DNA of 64,000 nt. Source: an uncultured Gammaproteobacteria bacterium (GTDB lineage Bacteria > Patescibacteriota > Microgenomatia > JALYQM01). The first letter of the stretch is position 1; every line of letters begins with the position of its first letter. Where the stretch lies: positions 896,680 through 960,679 of the forward strand of contig CAYOFQ010000001.1 in NCBI GenBank assembly GCA_964403585.1. The letters are read 5' to 3'. The translations under genes were made by a program, and so were the position numbers. The notes below the pieces were generated by a model. The model had not been told where the DNA came from. It searched no databases and was given only the letters and a program-made list of their open reading frames with translations. This document shows, in pieces, positions 46,517 through 56,511 of the stretch.

Positions 46517-47725
46517 ATGTCTTTATCCCCGTACCAAAAATGGATTATTTCTATTGGCGCGACCAGTATACTTTCGTTACTGATCGGATGGAAGCTAGGT
46601 CATAACGACTCGCTGTATGCGGCTAAAATTCCGACCATTCCGTTTATCAATGACACTAAAAAATCTTCTGGAGCACCTGATATGTCCCGCTTCTGGGAAG
46701 TGTACAGTATTGTTCGCGAAAAATATGTCGAAAAAGATAAAATCGACAACGCCAAATTAATTGAAGGCGCCACTGCCGGAATGGTTAATGCACTTGACGA
46801 TCCGTATTCTGTGTATCTCAATACCAAGCAGAATACTGCAGTTACTGAGGAACTGGGCGGCAGTTTTGAAGGAATCGGCGTACAGCTTGGCTTTGATAAA
46901 GATAAAAACCTGGTTGTGATTGCACCACTTAAAGACACCCCCGGCGAACGGGCAGGTATGCGGCCGGGAGATATCATCTGGATGATCAACGACAAAGATA
47001 CCGTTGGTATCTCACTCCAGGAGGCAGTCGATCAGATCAAAGGACCCAAGGGAACAAAAGTCAAACTCAAAGTTCAGCACGAAGGTGAAAAAGAATTAAA
47101 GGATATTGAAATTGTTCGTGATTCAATAACCGTAAAAAGTGTTGAAGTTGAAATGCTTGAAAATAACACTATTGCCCATATCACCATTAACCGTGTCGGC
47201 GATCAAACCAAGGCCGAGTGGAACCAGGCAGTCGATAAAGTACTCAAAGGCAATATTAATAAGATCATCCTCGACGTGCGAAACAACCCGGGCGGATATC
47301 TGGATACGGCCAAATACATCAACTCCGATTTTATGGATGGCAATGTTGTCGGCTCAGAAAATTATAAGGGCGTCCGAACCTTCGAAAAAGCCGATCATGC
47401 ACCACGACTCAAGGGCATACAGGTAGTAGCACTGATTAACAAGGGCTCCGCTTCGGCAGCCGAAATTATCAGCGGTGGATTACAGGATCGGGGATTAGCT
47501 AAACTCGTCGGAGAAACTTCATTTGGCAAGGGGACTGTTCAGGAAGTCGAAAATCTTTCCGGAGGAGCCGGATTACACATTACAACTGCCAAATGGCTCT
47601 TACCTTCCGGCAAATGGATTCATAAAGTCGGATTAAAGCCCGATGTCGAAGTAAAGATGACACCGGAGGATATTGAAGCCAAACGCGATCCACAGTTGGA
47701 AAAAGCCATAGAAGTGATAAAATAG
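46517..47725 (+). CDS. ctpA: carboxyl-terminal processing protease (S41) with PDZ domain
   Basis: 402 aa; N-terminal TM; PDZ (GIGVQLGFDKDKNLVVIAPLKDTPGERAGMRPGDII); S41 catalytic region LINKGSASAAEIISGGLQD and K-containing TSFGKGTVQ. Confidence 0.85.
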   Translation: MSLSPYQKWIISIGATSILSLLIGWKLGHNDSLYAAKIPTIPFINDTKKSSGAPDMSRFWEVYSIVREKYVEKDKIDNAKLIEGATAGMVNALDDPYSVYLNTKQNTAVTEELGGSFEGIGVQLGFDKDKNLVVIAPLKDTPGERAGMRPGDIIWMINDKDTVGISLQEAVDQIKGPKGTKVKLKVQHEGEKELKDIEIVRDSITVKSVEVEMLENNTIAHITINRVGDQTKAEWNQAVDKVLKGNINKIILDVRNNPGGYLDTAKYINSDFMDGNVVGSENYKGVRTFEKADHAPRLKGIQVVALINKGSASAAEIISGGLQDRGLAKLVGETSFGKGTVQEVENLSGGAGLHITTAKWLLPSGKWIHKVGLKPDVEVKMTPEDIEAKRDPQLEKAIEVIK

Positions 47726-47729
47726 GCGC

Positions 47730-48140
47730 ATGAAAGTAATCTTACTGAAAGACAACGTGGTGAAAGATGTCAGCGAAGGGTATGCTCGCAACTATCTTTT
47801 ACCCAATAAATTAGCCATTATCGCTACCCCCGCCGATCTGAAGAAGCGCGAATTGGAGCTTCAGGAAGCCGAAAAACATCGTCGTCAGCAAATCAAAGAA
47901 AACCAATCCATGATCAGCGAATTCTCAGGAAAATCCTTTACCATTCAGGTAGATAAGCTTGGAGAAAACGGAAAGTTATTCGGATCTATAACCGCCAAAG
48001 ATATCGCCGAGGCAGCCGGACTGAAAAAAGAAAATATCCTACTGAAAGATCCGATCAAGACTTCAGGCAAACATGAAATTGAAATTAAAATTGGTCAATT
48101 TCATGAAAAGATTTCCGTTGATATAATAAAAAAATCATAA
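47730..48140 (+). CDS. rplI: 50S ribosomal protein L9
   Basis: 136 aa; MKVILLKDNVVKDVSEGYARNYLLPNKLAIIATP matches L9 N-domain. Confidence 0.85.
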   Translation: MKVILLKDNVVKDVSEGYARNYLLPNKLAIIATPADLKKRELELQEAEKHRRQQIKENQSMISEFSGKSFTIQVDKLGENGKLFGSITAKDIAEAAGLKKENILLKDPIKTSGKHEIEIKIGQFHEKISVDIIKKS

Positions 48141-48160
48141 GCATATAAAGGGAGAGGGAC

Positions 48161-49312
48161 ATGAGAAATCCAGTGAGAGCAATACTATTGCTCATTATCG
48201 GCATCGGCTTAGGCGTTGGGCTTTTTGCAGCCGTTCGCTCGTCTAAACTTAAACTCGGCAACATTTCGCTCCCGCAAAGCAATAACTCGCCAATCGAAAC
48301 TAAAACGATTCTCAAAGAAAAATCCGACGTCATTGACGTTGTTAAAAAAGACGGACCATCGGTGGTATCCATCGCCATAAAACGCACCGGTTCAGGACGC
48401 AGCCCATTCTCACAATCACCATTCGGGGGACTGTTTGGACAGGACCTGCAACAACCGCCCAGCAACAAAACCGAGTCGGGGATAGGTACCGGATTTATAG
48501 TTGCTCCCAACGGCGTTATCGTGACTAACAAGCACGTTGTTGATACCGAAGGACAATACGTCGTTATTAGCAACGACAATAAGAAGTATGATGTCCAACG
48601 GGTCTACAAAGATCCGCTTAACGACCTGGCAATCATCAAAATTGATGCCAATGGTCTACGCGCCATGGAACTCGGCGACTCTTCACAACTGGACGTCGGA
48701 CAAACCGTTATTGCCATGGGTAACGCCCTCGGCGAATTTAAAAACACCGTTACCGTCGGCGTGGTATCCGGATTGGATCGCCAAATCGAAGCATCAGACC
48801 AACTTGGTGGAAATGCCGAAAAACTCGGTAATGTTATCCAAACCGATGCCGCTATTAACCCTGGGAACTCAGGTGGCCCGTTACTTAATATCGGTGGACA
48901 GGTAATCGGTATTAATACTGCCGTCGCAGCCTCCGGTATTGCTCAAAACATCGGCTTTGCAATTCCGATCAATTCAGCCAAGCCAATTATCAATGAATTC
49001 CTGACCAGCGGCAAAATCTCCAGCCCGTATCTTGGAGTACGCTATCAGATGATCAGCAAGCGCATGGCACTGTTAAACGAGCTCCCCGAAGGTGCGTATG
49101 TAGCAGAAGTAGTACAAGGTGGACCTGCCGACAAAGCTGGACTCAAAGCAGATGATATTATTACCGAAATTGATGGGAAGAAATTGACCGAGGAGAGCCA
49201 GCTTTCCGATGTTATCCGAACACTCAAAGTAGGACAAACCGTCGAAATCAAATATTTCCGTGACGATAAGCCACAATCAACACAGGCAACAATTGGCGAT
49301 GCGGGACAATAA
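48161..49312 (+). CDS. htrA: HtrA/DegP-family serine protease with PDZ domain
   Basis: 383 aa; N-terminal TM; catalytic triad context TNKHVV / DLAIIKI / GNSGGPLLN; C-terminal PDZ. Confidence 0.85.
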   Translation: MRNPVRAILLLIIGIGLGVGLFAAVRSSKLKLGNISLPQSNNSPIETKTILKEKSDVIDVVKKDGPSVVSIAIKRTGSGRSPFSQSPFGGLFGQDLQQPPSNKTESGIGTGFIVAPNGVIVTNKHVVDTEGQYVVISNDNKKYDVQRVYKDPLNDLAIIKIDANGLRAMELGDSSQLDVGQTVIAMGNALGEFKNTVTVGVVSGLDRQIEASDQLGGNAEKLGNVIQTDAAINPGNSGGPLLNIGGQVIGINTAVAASGIAQNIGFAIPINSAKPIINEFLTSGKISSPYLGVRYQMISKRMALLNELPEGAYVAEVVQGGPADKAGLKADDIITEIDGKKLTEESQLSDVIRTLKVGQTVEIKYFRDDKPQSTQATIGDAGQ

Positions 49313-49315
49313 AAC

Positions 49316-50386
49316 TTACTCCTGCTGAGCTAACGCAGTCATTCCGGCTTTAACATCGGTGATCACATCACCCAGGACACCGTCCATAATCTGATCAATA
49401 TTAAACCAGGACTTATTGATACGGTGATCGGTAACACGGGATTGGGGAAAGTTATAAGTACGTATCTTCTCGGAACGGTCACCGGTGCCAACCTGGGCCT
49501 TACGATCAGACTCCACTGCCGACACCTGTTTCTCACGCTCCATTTCCCACAATCGGGAACGCAACATATTTTCGGCAATTTCACGGTTTCGCCCCTGATA
49601 CCGCTCGGTACGGCAGACAACTACGATACCGGTAGGGCGGTGTGTCAAGCGAACAGCAGTTTCAACTTTGTTAACATTCTGACCACCATGACCACCGGCA
49701 CGAAAGGTTTCAAAATCGATATCGGCCGGATTCAAATGGAATTCTTTTTCTTCAATTTCCGGCATCACGGCAACGGTTACCGTTGACGTATGAATGCGTC
49801 CGGATGATTCGGTCTTTGGTACACGTTGTACCCGGTGAACACCGGATTCCCATTTTAAGTCACCATAGACATTTTTACCGTTTATTTTCGCCACTACCAT
49901 TTTTATATTGCCAATACCACCTTCATTAAGATCAAGTTCGACAACTTCCCAGCCTTTACTTTCAGCATACCGGGAATACATCCGGTACAATTCGGACGCA
50001 AATAAGCCGGATTCGTCACCACCGGCAGCGGCACGGATTTCCAGGGTAACACCTTTTTTATCCAAAGCCGCATCAGGTGAAGGGTACAACAATTCCTGCA
50101 GTTGTTTATGCAGTACTTCCAGCCGAGAAGTTATATCCTCATTTTCAACCCGGGCAATTTCGGCCAATTCGGCATCCAGGGATTTATCTGAAAGCATCTC
50201 CTCATTGGAGCGCAGTTGCTCTTCAAGCTTCTTCACTTCGTTGGCTACGGTAACCGTATCAGTTATTTCGCTGATCTCTTTACCAATAGCTGCCAATCGT
50301 TCAGGATTATTTGCCACTTCATCTGAGGCATAGGAAGCGGTCAACTCATTGTACCGGGCAAGAATTGAGTCGAGTTTAGAGTCCAT
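49316..50386 (-). CDS. prfA: peptide chain release factor 1
   Basis: 356 aa; GGQ motif ([20 protein letters not shown]), PxT-type tripeptide region [17 protein letters not shown]; no frameshift. Confidence 0.9.
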   Translation of the reverse strand: MDSKLDSILARYNELTASYASDEVANNPERLAAIGKEISEITDTVTVANEVKKLEEQLRSNEEMLSDKSLDAELAEIARVENEDITSRLEVLHKQLQELLYPSPDAALDKKGVTLEIRAAAGGDESGLFASELYRMYSRYAESKGWEVVELDLNEGGIGNIKMVVAKINGKNVYGDLKWESGVHRVQRVPKTESSGRIHTSTVTVAVMPEIEEKEFHLNPADIDFETFRAGGHGGQNVNKVETAVRLTHRPTGIVVVCRTERYQGRNREIAENMLRSRLWEMEREKQVSAVESDRKAQVGTGDRSEKIRTYNFPQSRVTDHRINKSWFNIDQIMDGVLGDVITDVKAGMTALAQQE

Positions 50387-50389
50387 AAA

Positions 50390-50704
50390 TTAGGAATTGG
50401 TGACTTCTGACATCTCAAGCATCTCTTTGATTGTGCGAGGTGCTGTAGCTTTTTCAGTCTTTTCTTCCTTCTTATTCTTTTTCTTGGCATTAGCTTGTGC
50501 AGCTGCAGCGGCATTCTTAGCCATGTTGAATTTATCAACACGTCCGAGAGTGTCAATTAATCGCTTCACACCGGTGTATACCGGGTGACAGGAAGAACAG
50601 ATTTCAACGCGGATTTCCTGCTTGGTTGAACCTGTATTAAAGGTACTGCCACAGGAACAGATTACTTTAGCGTCAGTATAATAGGTAGGATGTATAGCTT
50701 GCAT
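50390..50704 (-). CDS. rpmE: 50S ribosomal protein L31 with Ala/Lys-rich C-terminal extension
   Basis: From internal ATG ([27 protein letters not shown]...[11 protein letters not shown]...GRVDKFN); the ORF-track N-terminal 37 aa are unlikely. ~35-aa tail [24 protein letters not shown] beyond the canonical L31 end. Confidence 0.7.
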   Translation of the reverse strand: MQAIHPTYYTDAKVICSCGSTFNTGSTKQEIRVEICSSCHPVYTGVKRLIDTLGRVDKFNMAKNAAAAAQANAKKKNKKEEKTEKATAPRTIKEMLEMSEVTNS

Positions 50705-51037
50705 ACGAAAAACCCTTCTTTTTGAAACTAATCGATAATACCATAAAACCGGTTGAAAGTAAACGGCAAGGAAAAAGCTCCTTTTGTGATTGGGAGCAAC
50801 TGTTTTCGCCTTCATTTCGGCTCATCAGGTAGCGATTCGTTAACGCTACGAACAGCAGAGGACAATAGCACAACTCAAAAACAACAACTTCAAAAACAAC
50901 AAGCGGCAAACCGCAGGGCTTCATGGGATGGTATCCATGTCGATTTTACAAGTTTCACCTCTAGCCGGTAGAGCGCAAGCTCAATTGGCGCGTCCTGCGC
51001 TCCACCGACAGTAAGCTTCAAATTCAGCGCGAAGTGG

Positions 51038-51286
51038 CTAGCTGTTAAACAGCTGCCACACGAGGAGGTACTCCAGGAACGTTCCAGCGGCCATCACCCC
51101 GCAGAGAGCAACGGACTGAACTTCGCTCCAGCCGAACTTGTATCCCCATATCTGATGACCCAGTTGGCCGATGCCAACAGGAGCGGCTGCCGACGCGGCA
51201 ATCATGAGGATCGCGTCACCCAGCGACAGCCCGGCCAGCATGGCCAAAACAACTGCTGTCGCGAATAGAAATCCGGCCATCAGCAA
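51038..51286 (-). CDS. hypothetical small membrane protein in GC-rich patch
   Basis: 82 aa, 2-3 TM helices; local GC ~60%. Confidence 0.4.
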   Translation of the reverse strand: MLMAGFLFATAVVLAMLAGLSLGDAILMIAASAAAPVGIGQLGHQIWGYKFGWSEVQSVALCGVMAAGTFLEYLLVWQLFNS

Positions 51287-51340
51287 TTAGAACCACCAGG
51301 GGCGGGTAGTGTGCGTTTTCATGGTTATTCCTTTATGTGC

Positions 51341-51652
51341 TTATTGGAGGGGAATCAGGTGTTGACCGAGTACCAACTCAGCCAACAGTATCGCTTCGAC
51401 AATCAGCACACCCAGAAGGTAGCACAACTGCGTGCCCCACTGGCCGAGTGAAAGGAACCGGTTCAAAACCACCGCCAATACGTTGACGATGACTGCTCCG
51501 GCGATCAGGCCGACGATAAGTTGACCCAGCGAACGGTTGCCGTACAGCCCCAGGTAGAGCCCGACGATAACTGCGATAAGCTCTAGTAGCTCCTGCCAGT
51601 AAACCAGGAGGGAGAGCCCCAGTGCTCGCCCCAGAAGCCTGAGGAAATTCAT
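51341..51652 (-). CDS. hypothetical small membrane protein in GC-rich patch (start uncertain)
   Basis: ~103 aa from MNFLRLLG (ORF track begins at TTG 51811); 3-4 TM helices; ~55-60% GC. Confidence 0.4.
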   Translation of the reverse strand: MNFLRLLGRALGLSLLVYWQELLELIAVIVGLYLGLYGNRSLGQLIVGLIAGAVIVNVLAVVLNRFLSLGQWGTQLCYLLGVLIVEAILLAELVLGQHLIPLQ

Positions 51653-51678
51653 GCGCTTCTCCTTGTTAGAGTGGTTCC

Positions 51679-51732
51679 GTTTGGCTACCAACAAAATGAG
51701 CCTAATAAGGTTCACTTTATAGGTAGCCAAAC
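51679..51732. promoter_or_regulatory. 11-bp perfect inverted repeat (GTTTGGCTACC-N32-GGTAGCCAAAC) upstream of GC-rich small membrane genes
   Basis: Seen directly; located in the 5' region of the minus-strand gene; candidate operator or insertion boundary. Confidence 0.3.
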
Positions 51733-51876
51733 CAGGGGATTTGAGCTTGAGGTATAACTTGTCTATTGTCACTCTGTTAAAGAACAGGTCATCCAGCGTG
51801 AGCTGAATCAAGCCACAAATAAGGCTTTATAAGTATACCATATTTTAGTACAAAAATAAATACTATAGGTCAAAAA

Positions 51877-52494
51877 TTAGAACTGTGGAGTGGGAGTACC
51901 GGTAACAGAACCGGAACCAGTTGTACTTGCAGCCGAAGGAGCAGGGGAGGCCGACGGATCCGGTTTCAAAGCATTCGGATCTTTATTCAAGTCTTCCAAT
52001 ACATAGCTGCTCAACAGGGTAACTGTATCCGAACCCTCTTTGGTCGCGTAATTATAGTCACCGTCAAGTGTTGTTCCGCCAACTTTGATTACTTCAGTGG
52101 AATTGTCTTTTTTCTTAACTGTTACGGTCAGCACAGGAGAATCTAACTTGGTATTAGCCTGAGCTAATTCGGATGCCTTATACTTTCGCATTCCGGTTAA
52201 CGAGTTTATACTCCCTAAATAGGTACTAACTTTTGTATCGTCAACAGGAATTGCCGGCTGTGCTAATTTCCATTTCTGGTTACCAAGACTCTGCAAAGTA
52301 GCCGAATAGGAAGCCGATTTCCATGAAATTTCCGTAATATCATCAAGTTTATACGAAGTTAGGGGTACAGTCTCGGTTGTATCGGTAGGAGTGTCCGGTT
52401 CAGGAGCTTTCTTATCTTTTTGATATACCCAAAAATAACTGAATAGGGCAACAAAAACCAGAACTAACAAAAATGTATTACGAAAGCGTGACAT
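51877..52494 (-). CDS. DUF4340-like protein (Gld-type ABC cassette accessory)
   Basis: 205 aa; N-terminal TM; last gene of the ABC ATPase / ABC-2 permease / GldG-like cassette, the position usually held by DUF4340. Confidence 0.45.
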   Translation of the reverse strand: MSRFRNTFLLVLVFVALFSYFWVYQKDKKAPEPDTPTDTTETVPLTSYKLDDITEISWKSASYSATLQSLGNQKWKLAQPAIPVDDTKVSTYLGSINSLTGMRKYKASELAQANTKLDSPVLTVTVKKKDNSTEVIKVGGTTLDGDYNYATKEGSDTVTLLSSYVLEDLNKDPNALKPDPSASPAPSAASTTGSGSVTGTPTPQF

Positions 52495-52506
52495 AGGGAC
52501 ACTCCA

Positions 52507-53979
52507 TTATTTCTTTAATCGTGCCTGTCGTCGAAGTCTCCATACAATCAAACCAGCCAGGAGCGACAATACCGGCATGCCAATGAGCACTAAATACATC
52601 AGTTGACGTTGCTGGGCATCACTCATCGTGAGTGTTGCCGGAGTACGATCTTTTGGCACGATATTAAACAGCGATTCCTGAGACGACAACCAGTTTATTG
52701 AATTAACTACCAAATCCAGGTTCGCAGGTGCATATAACTCTTTGGAAGGATCGTAGGCAACGATCACATTGCTGGCCAAATCCGAGTCACCCAAGACAAC
52801 TAAGCGTGTTTTGTATTTAGAATCTTTATTATCTTTCGGCACGGTATAGTTCAAGGCCACACCCATACTGATTGGACCATCTTCATCGCCGCTGGCCAGG
52901 TTCTTAGTTGGCTGCTGATCCAGTTGTAACGGTGAAACTTCAAAGTAAGATGCATTCGAACTCTTCATTAAACTCTGCACATTGGCATTATCCGGAAGTT
53001 TAGCGGCCGGCTTAACTTCTTCAACTCCGGCGAATATTGCCGGCGAAAGACCTTCAGTAATTTGATGCGGCATAAATTCCTTAACCCCCGGGTTAAGTGG
53101 GCTGCGATAATACAATTCCGGATTTCCTTCAATTACCAGTCCCGGTTTCACTTCGATACCATAACCGGTAAAGATATCTTCCAGTCCGGTTTTGGTATTA
53201 TTCTTGGTAGCGTCAAGCATAACCAGGGCTTTACCACCGGCGTTAAGATAATTTTTCACCATGTCGATTTGTTTATTGATATAGGGAGTCTGCGGACCGG
53301 CAATCACTAGGACACCGGCATCGGAAGCTACTGCCGGATCCTTCAACGAATCCTGAATCACAACCTGATAATTAAGTCGTTCCAGTGTTGCTTTCAATTC
53401 CGAATAGCCAATGTCTGTGGTGTCGGTAACACTTTTTTCACCATTGGCCTGCCAGAAAACAACTTTGACTTTCTGGGGATTCTGGAGTTTAAGCAACGCC
53501 GTAGTGTAGTCAGATTCAGTAGTATTAGTTGTCTGTTCCGATCTTCCGGCCAAAGTAAACAATGTTGTACCCAAGCGGGTGACATTATATTGCTCGGCCA
53601 TCGAACGATTTGTGTACGGATCAATGTATTCAACTTTAAAATTAGAATTACGGGTGGAATATTCTTTTAACAGATCCTGTGCTTCCTGACGCTGATTCGG
53701 CGGACTAAAGACATATACTTTAACCGGTTCCTTAATGTTCTTGATTACTTTAATTGTTTCCGGAGAAAGTGAATACAGTTTATTTTTCGTGGTATCCAGT
53801 CGCCATCCCTGATTTTTCACAATCAAATTAAGAACAACCAGAATACCGGCAAAAGCCAGAATCGACAGGAGCGAATTTCCGCCAAATTTTGCCTGACGGG
53901 AAGTAGCAGCACCAAGTGCGCCCCGACCACCTTTTTTACCAAGTTGTGCAATGTTTCCTAAAATATTTTTAGCATTCAT
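52507..53979 (-). CDS. GldG-like ABC transporter auxiliary protein (ABC_transp_aux)
   Basis: 490 aa; N- and C-terminal TM anchors, large periplasmic domain; follows ABC-2 permease as in gldA-gldF-gldG arrangement. Confidence 0.6.
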   Translation of the reverse strand: MNAKNILGNIAQLGKKGGRGALGAATSRQAKFGGNSLLSILAFAGILVVLNLIVKNQGWRLDTTKNKLYSLSPETIKVIKNIKEPVKVYVFSPPNQRQEAQDLLKEYSTRNSNFKVEYIDPYTNRSMAEQYNVTRLGTTLFTLAGRSEQTTNTTESDYTTALLKLQNPQKVKVVFWQANGEKSVTDTTDIGYSELKATLERLNYQVVIQDSLKDPAVASDAGVLVIAGPQTPYINKQIDMVKNYLNAGGKALVMLDATKNNTKTGLEDIFTGYGIEVKPGLVIEGNPELYYRSPLNPGVKEFMPHQITEGLSPAIFAGVEEVKPAAKLPDNANVQSLMKSSNASYFEVSPLQLDQQPTKNLASGDEDGPISMGVALNYTVPKDNKDSKYKTRLVVLGDSDLASNVIVAYDPSKELYAPANLDLVVNSINWLSSQESLFNIVPKDRTPATLTMSDAQQRQLMYLVLIGMPVLSLLAGLIVWRLRRQARLKK

Positions 53980-53991
53980 ATAAATTTTCCC

Positions 53992-54699
53992 TTATGCCCA
54001 TCGCTTCGAATCAATAATTCGAGCAGTCACAAATAGCCAAAACAAAATAAATGACACATAAAAGACAACATCACGGGCATCAATTACGCCGGTAATTAAA
54101 TCGTTAAAGTGACTGGAAACCGCAAAGTAACTGATTATATTGTCCGGACCAAGAGAACTTGTTATCCAGTTCAACAACCAGAGAATTAGAATAAAGGAAA
54201 ACGCAATTACCGCTGACACAATCTGATTTTCACTGAGTGACGAGGCGAATAGTCCCAAGGCGATAAAAGCTAAACCAACGAGATATACAGCAGCATATTG
54301 CGTTATCATCGGGTACAAGTCCGGTTTACCCAGTCGGCTTAAGATAATTCCATAGACAACAGTAGGCAGCAACATTACCAGAAAAACTGTCGCGGCCGCG
54401 AAATATTTCCCTAAAACAATATCCATTTCCCGAATGGGGCGGGTCAGCAGTAGCTCTAAAGTCCCGCTTTTCTTCTCTTCAGAGATAAGTCGCATACTCA
54501 AAAGCGGCATGAGAAAAATCAGCACAATCACAACATTTGAGAAAGGAGCGTCAAGCGAAGCCTGTCGGTAACCGACTACGGCAGTATAAAAGAAAAAACC
54601 AGCAAGGAATAAAAACATCGCAATAACAATGTAGGCAATTGGCGAGCTGAAATATGAACGCAATTCTTTACGGTAAATCGCAGAAATATTACTAAACAT
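53992..54699 (-). CDS. ABC-2 family permease (GldF-like)
   Basis: 235 aa, 6 TM helices. Confidence 0.65.
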   Translation of the reverse strand: MFSNISAIYRKELRSYFSSPIAYIVIAMFLFLAGFFFYTAVVGYRQASLDAPFSNVVIVLIFLMPLLSMRLISEEKKSGTLELLLTRPIREMDIVLGKYFAAATVFLVMLLPTVVYGIILSRLGKPDLYPMITQYAAVYLVGLAFIALGLFASSLSENQIVSAVIAFSFILILWLLNWITSSLGPDNIISYFAVSSHFNDLITGVIDARDVVFYVSFILFWLFVTARIIDSKRWA

Positions 54700-54701
54700 A
54701 A

Positions 54702-55637
54702 CTATTTTGCACCTTTCTCTTCAGTAACAAGCTTAAGAAAGACACTCTCAAGATCAACTTTTTCACTGGTAAATTCAAGCACATCGACACCCTGGGTGAC
54801 CAGCTCTTTAAGTAACGGTTGTCGGACGTCGCTCTTGGACTCAATAGTAATAATATTTTCACTGCCTTCAGCTTTAACATCGGATTTATCAATACCGTTA
54901 AATTCCTTAATAACTGAAAGGGCTTTTTGCGAACCGCCAGCAACCACAAATTTAACGACATTACGTGTTTTATCACCACTGGTGAGTTCACGAACATTAC
55001 TATCAGCAACGATTGATCCTTTATTAATAATCAGTACCCGGTCACAAATTTGACTGACTTCCGGCAGGATATGCGTACTCAGAATAACCGTTTGATTCTG
55101 AGCGAGGGTCTTAATCAACTCCCGGATTTCAATAATCTGTACCGGATCCAAACCGACAGTCGGCTCGTCGAGAATCAGCACTTCGGGTTTACCAATCAAT
55201 GCCTGACCAAGACCAACACGCTGCCGATACCCGCGTGACAGGGAACCGATTAATTTTTCCGAAACACCGGAAAGACCGGTTTTATCCATAACTTCCTGTA
55301 CTTCACGCTTAATTGAGGCGCGGGGAATTTTCATAATCTTACCGAAGAAGGTTAGATACTCCCGAACCGTTAAATCGGTATACAACGGCACCAGCTCAGG
55401 CAAATATCCGATATGCCGCCTGGCATGCAGAGAATCATTCACAATATCATATCCGGCAATTTTTACTTTTCCCGATGACGGGGGAATATACCCTGTCAGG
55501 ATACGCATGGTCGTGGTCTTACCGGCGCCATTGGGACCGAGAAAACCAACAATCTCTCCTTTATTAATTGAAAACGAGATGCCGTGTAGTGTTTCAACGC
55601 CGGCGTAAGATTTGTGTAGATCGTGGACTGTAATCAT
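54702..55637 (-). CDS. ABC transporter ATP-binding protein (GldA-like)
   Basis: From MITVHDL (ORF track over-extends to 55742). Walker A GPNGAGKTTT, signature LSRGYRQRV, Walker B LILDEPT; C-terminal ~90-aa extra domain. Confidence 0.85.
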   Translation of the reverse strand: MITVHDLHKSYAGVETLHGISFSINKGEIVGFLGPNGAGKTTTMRILTGYIPPSSGKVKIAGYDIVNDSLHARRHIGYLPELVPLYTDLTVREYLTFFGKIMKIPRASIKREVQEVMDKTGLSGVSEKLIGSLSRGYRQRVGLGQALIGKPEVLILDEPTVGLDPVQIIEIRELIKTLAQNQTVILSTHILPEVSQICDRVLIINKGSIVADSNVRELTSGDKTRNVVKFVVAGGSQKALSVIKEFNGIDKSDVKAEGSENIITIESKSDVRQPLLKELVTQGVDVLEFTSEKVDLESVFLKLVTEEKGAK

Positions 55638-55708
55638 AATTCTATTTATATTAGATTTTAACGCAAAAATTTCGCGTAAAGCAATAGTATAGTAAACACA
55701 TACTACGG

Positions 55709-56050
55709 TCAAGTCCTGAGAATTTCCTGAAAAATTGAACACAGTTCAGGAAGACGATCCTCCGGAAAATGAACTGACGTTTCAAGCGTATATGAGGCCT
55801 TGAACACCCAAGGCGAAAACCTGTTCGGTAAAAACGGATCAACCTGAGTAACCAAGGAAAAGTCTGATGACAAAAAATACAATTTAATTGGATTTTTTAA
55901 AAAGTAGCTGTGAACCCAGTTACACCGGGGGAATAACATACACCCGTTATCCATTAATAATTCCTGAAAAAGAATTCCGCGGGATTTTTCCCATACTGTT
56001 TCAGGTATATATATGGTTAACGATAGAGCAGGATACGTGTAGTGCTTCAT
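55709..56050 (-). CDS. DUF192 domain protein
   Basis: 113 aa; SRGILFQELLMDNGCMLFP matches the DUF192 core (RxxGLMxR...GMLF). Confidence 0.5.
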   Translation of the reverse strand: MKHYTYPALSLTIYIPETVWEKSRGILFQELLMDNGCMLFPRCNWVHSYFLKNPIKLYFLSSDFSLVTQVDPFLPNRFSPWVFKASYTLETSVHFPEDRLPELCSIFQEILRT

Positions 56051-56056
56051 GAATAA

Positions 56057-56446
56057 CTACCGGCGCACACGAACATGATCGGTATTATAGAGCTGGTGCC
56101 GGATACGAATTTCCAATTCGGAGAGATCAAAAGGCTTGGAAATAAAATCGTCAAAGCTTAGATCAATACTTTCCCACAAGTTGTTCTTAGTATCCTGCGC
56201 GGTGAACATAATATAGCGGGTATTAGACAATTCAGGCATTTGCTTCAGAATCGTGAAGAATTCAAAACCATCATATTCGGGCATCATCAAATCAAGCAGA
56301 ATAACTGCCGGCTTATGTTTTTTGGCCAGTTTAATGGCAGTTTTGGCATTGGAAGCAGTGTAAATTGCAGTATCTTCGATCTCCAGTGCGTTAGAAAGGA
56401 GTTCCAATATCGCATCATCATCATCAATGGCAAGTACGGTTTTCAT
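56057..56446 (-). CDS. single-domain response regulator (CheY-like receiver)
   Basis: 129 aa; acidic pocket AIDDDD, phospho-acceptor context ILLDLMMPEYDG, conserved T/K region FTAQDT...FISKP. Confidence 0.75.
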   Translation of the reverse strand: MKTVLAIDDDDAILELLSNALEIEDTAIYTASNAKTAIKLAKKHKPAVILLDLMMPEYDGFEFFTILKQMPELSNTRYIMFTAQDTKNNLWESIDLSFDDFISKPFDLSELEIRIRHQLYNTDHVRVRR

Positions 56447-56511
56447 AGGCGATCAAAAGTATACCACAAGTATAACATAAAAAACGAGAAAACAGCATAA
56501 CGAGAAGGTGA

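Noticed and set aside
45628-50333. Antisense or embedded ORFs in the 45431..46477 gene, ctpA, htrA and prfA (45628..46111, 46600..46995, 48085..48579, 49363..49786, 49908..50333)
   Set aside because: Shadow ORFs of strongly supported genes; Ser/Arg/Cys-rich translations typical of wrong-frame reading.
55638-55742. N-terminal extension of the ABC ATPase, and the ORF 55651..55842
   Set aside because: ATPase homologues begin at the MITVHDL-type start; extension would overlap the DUF192 gene.
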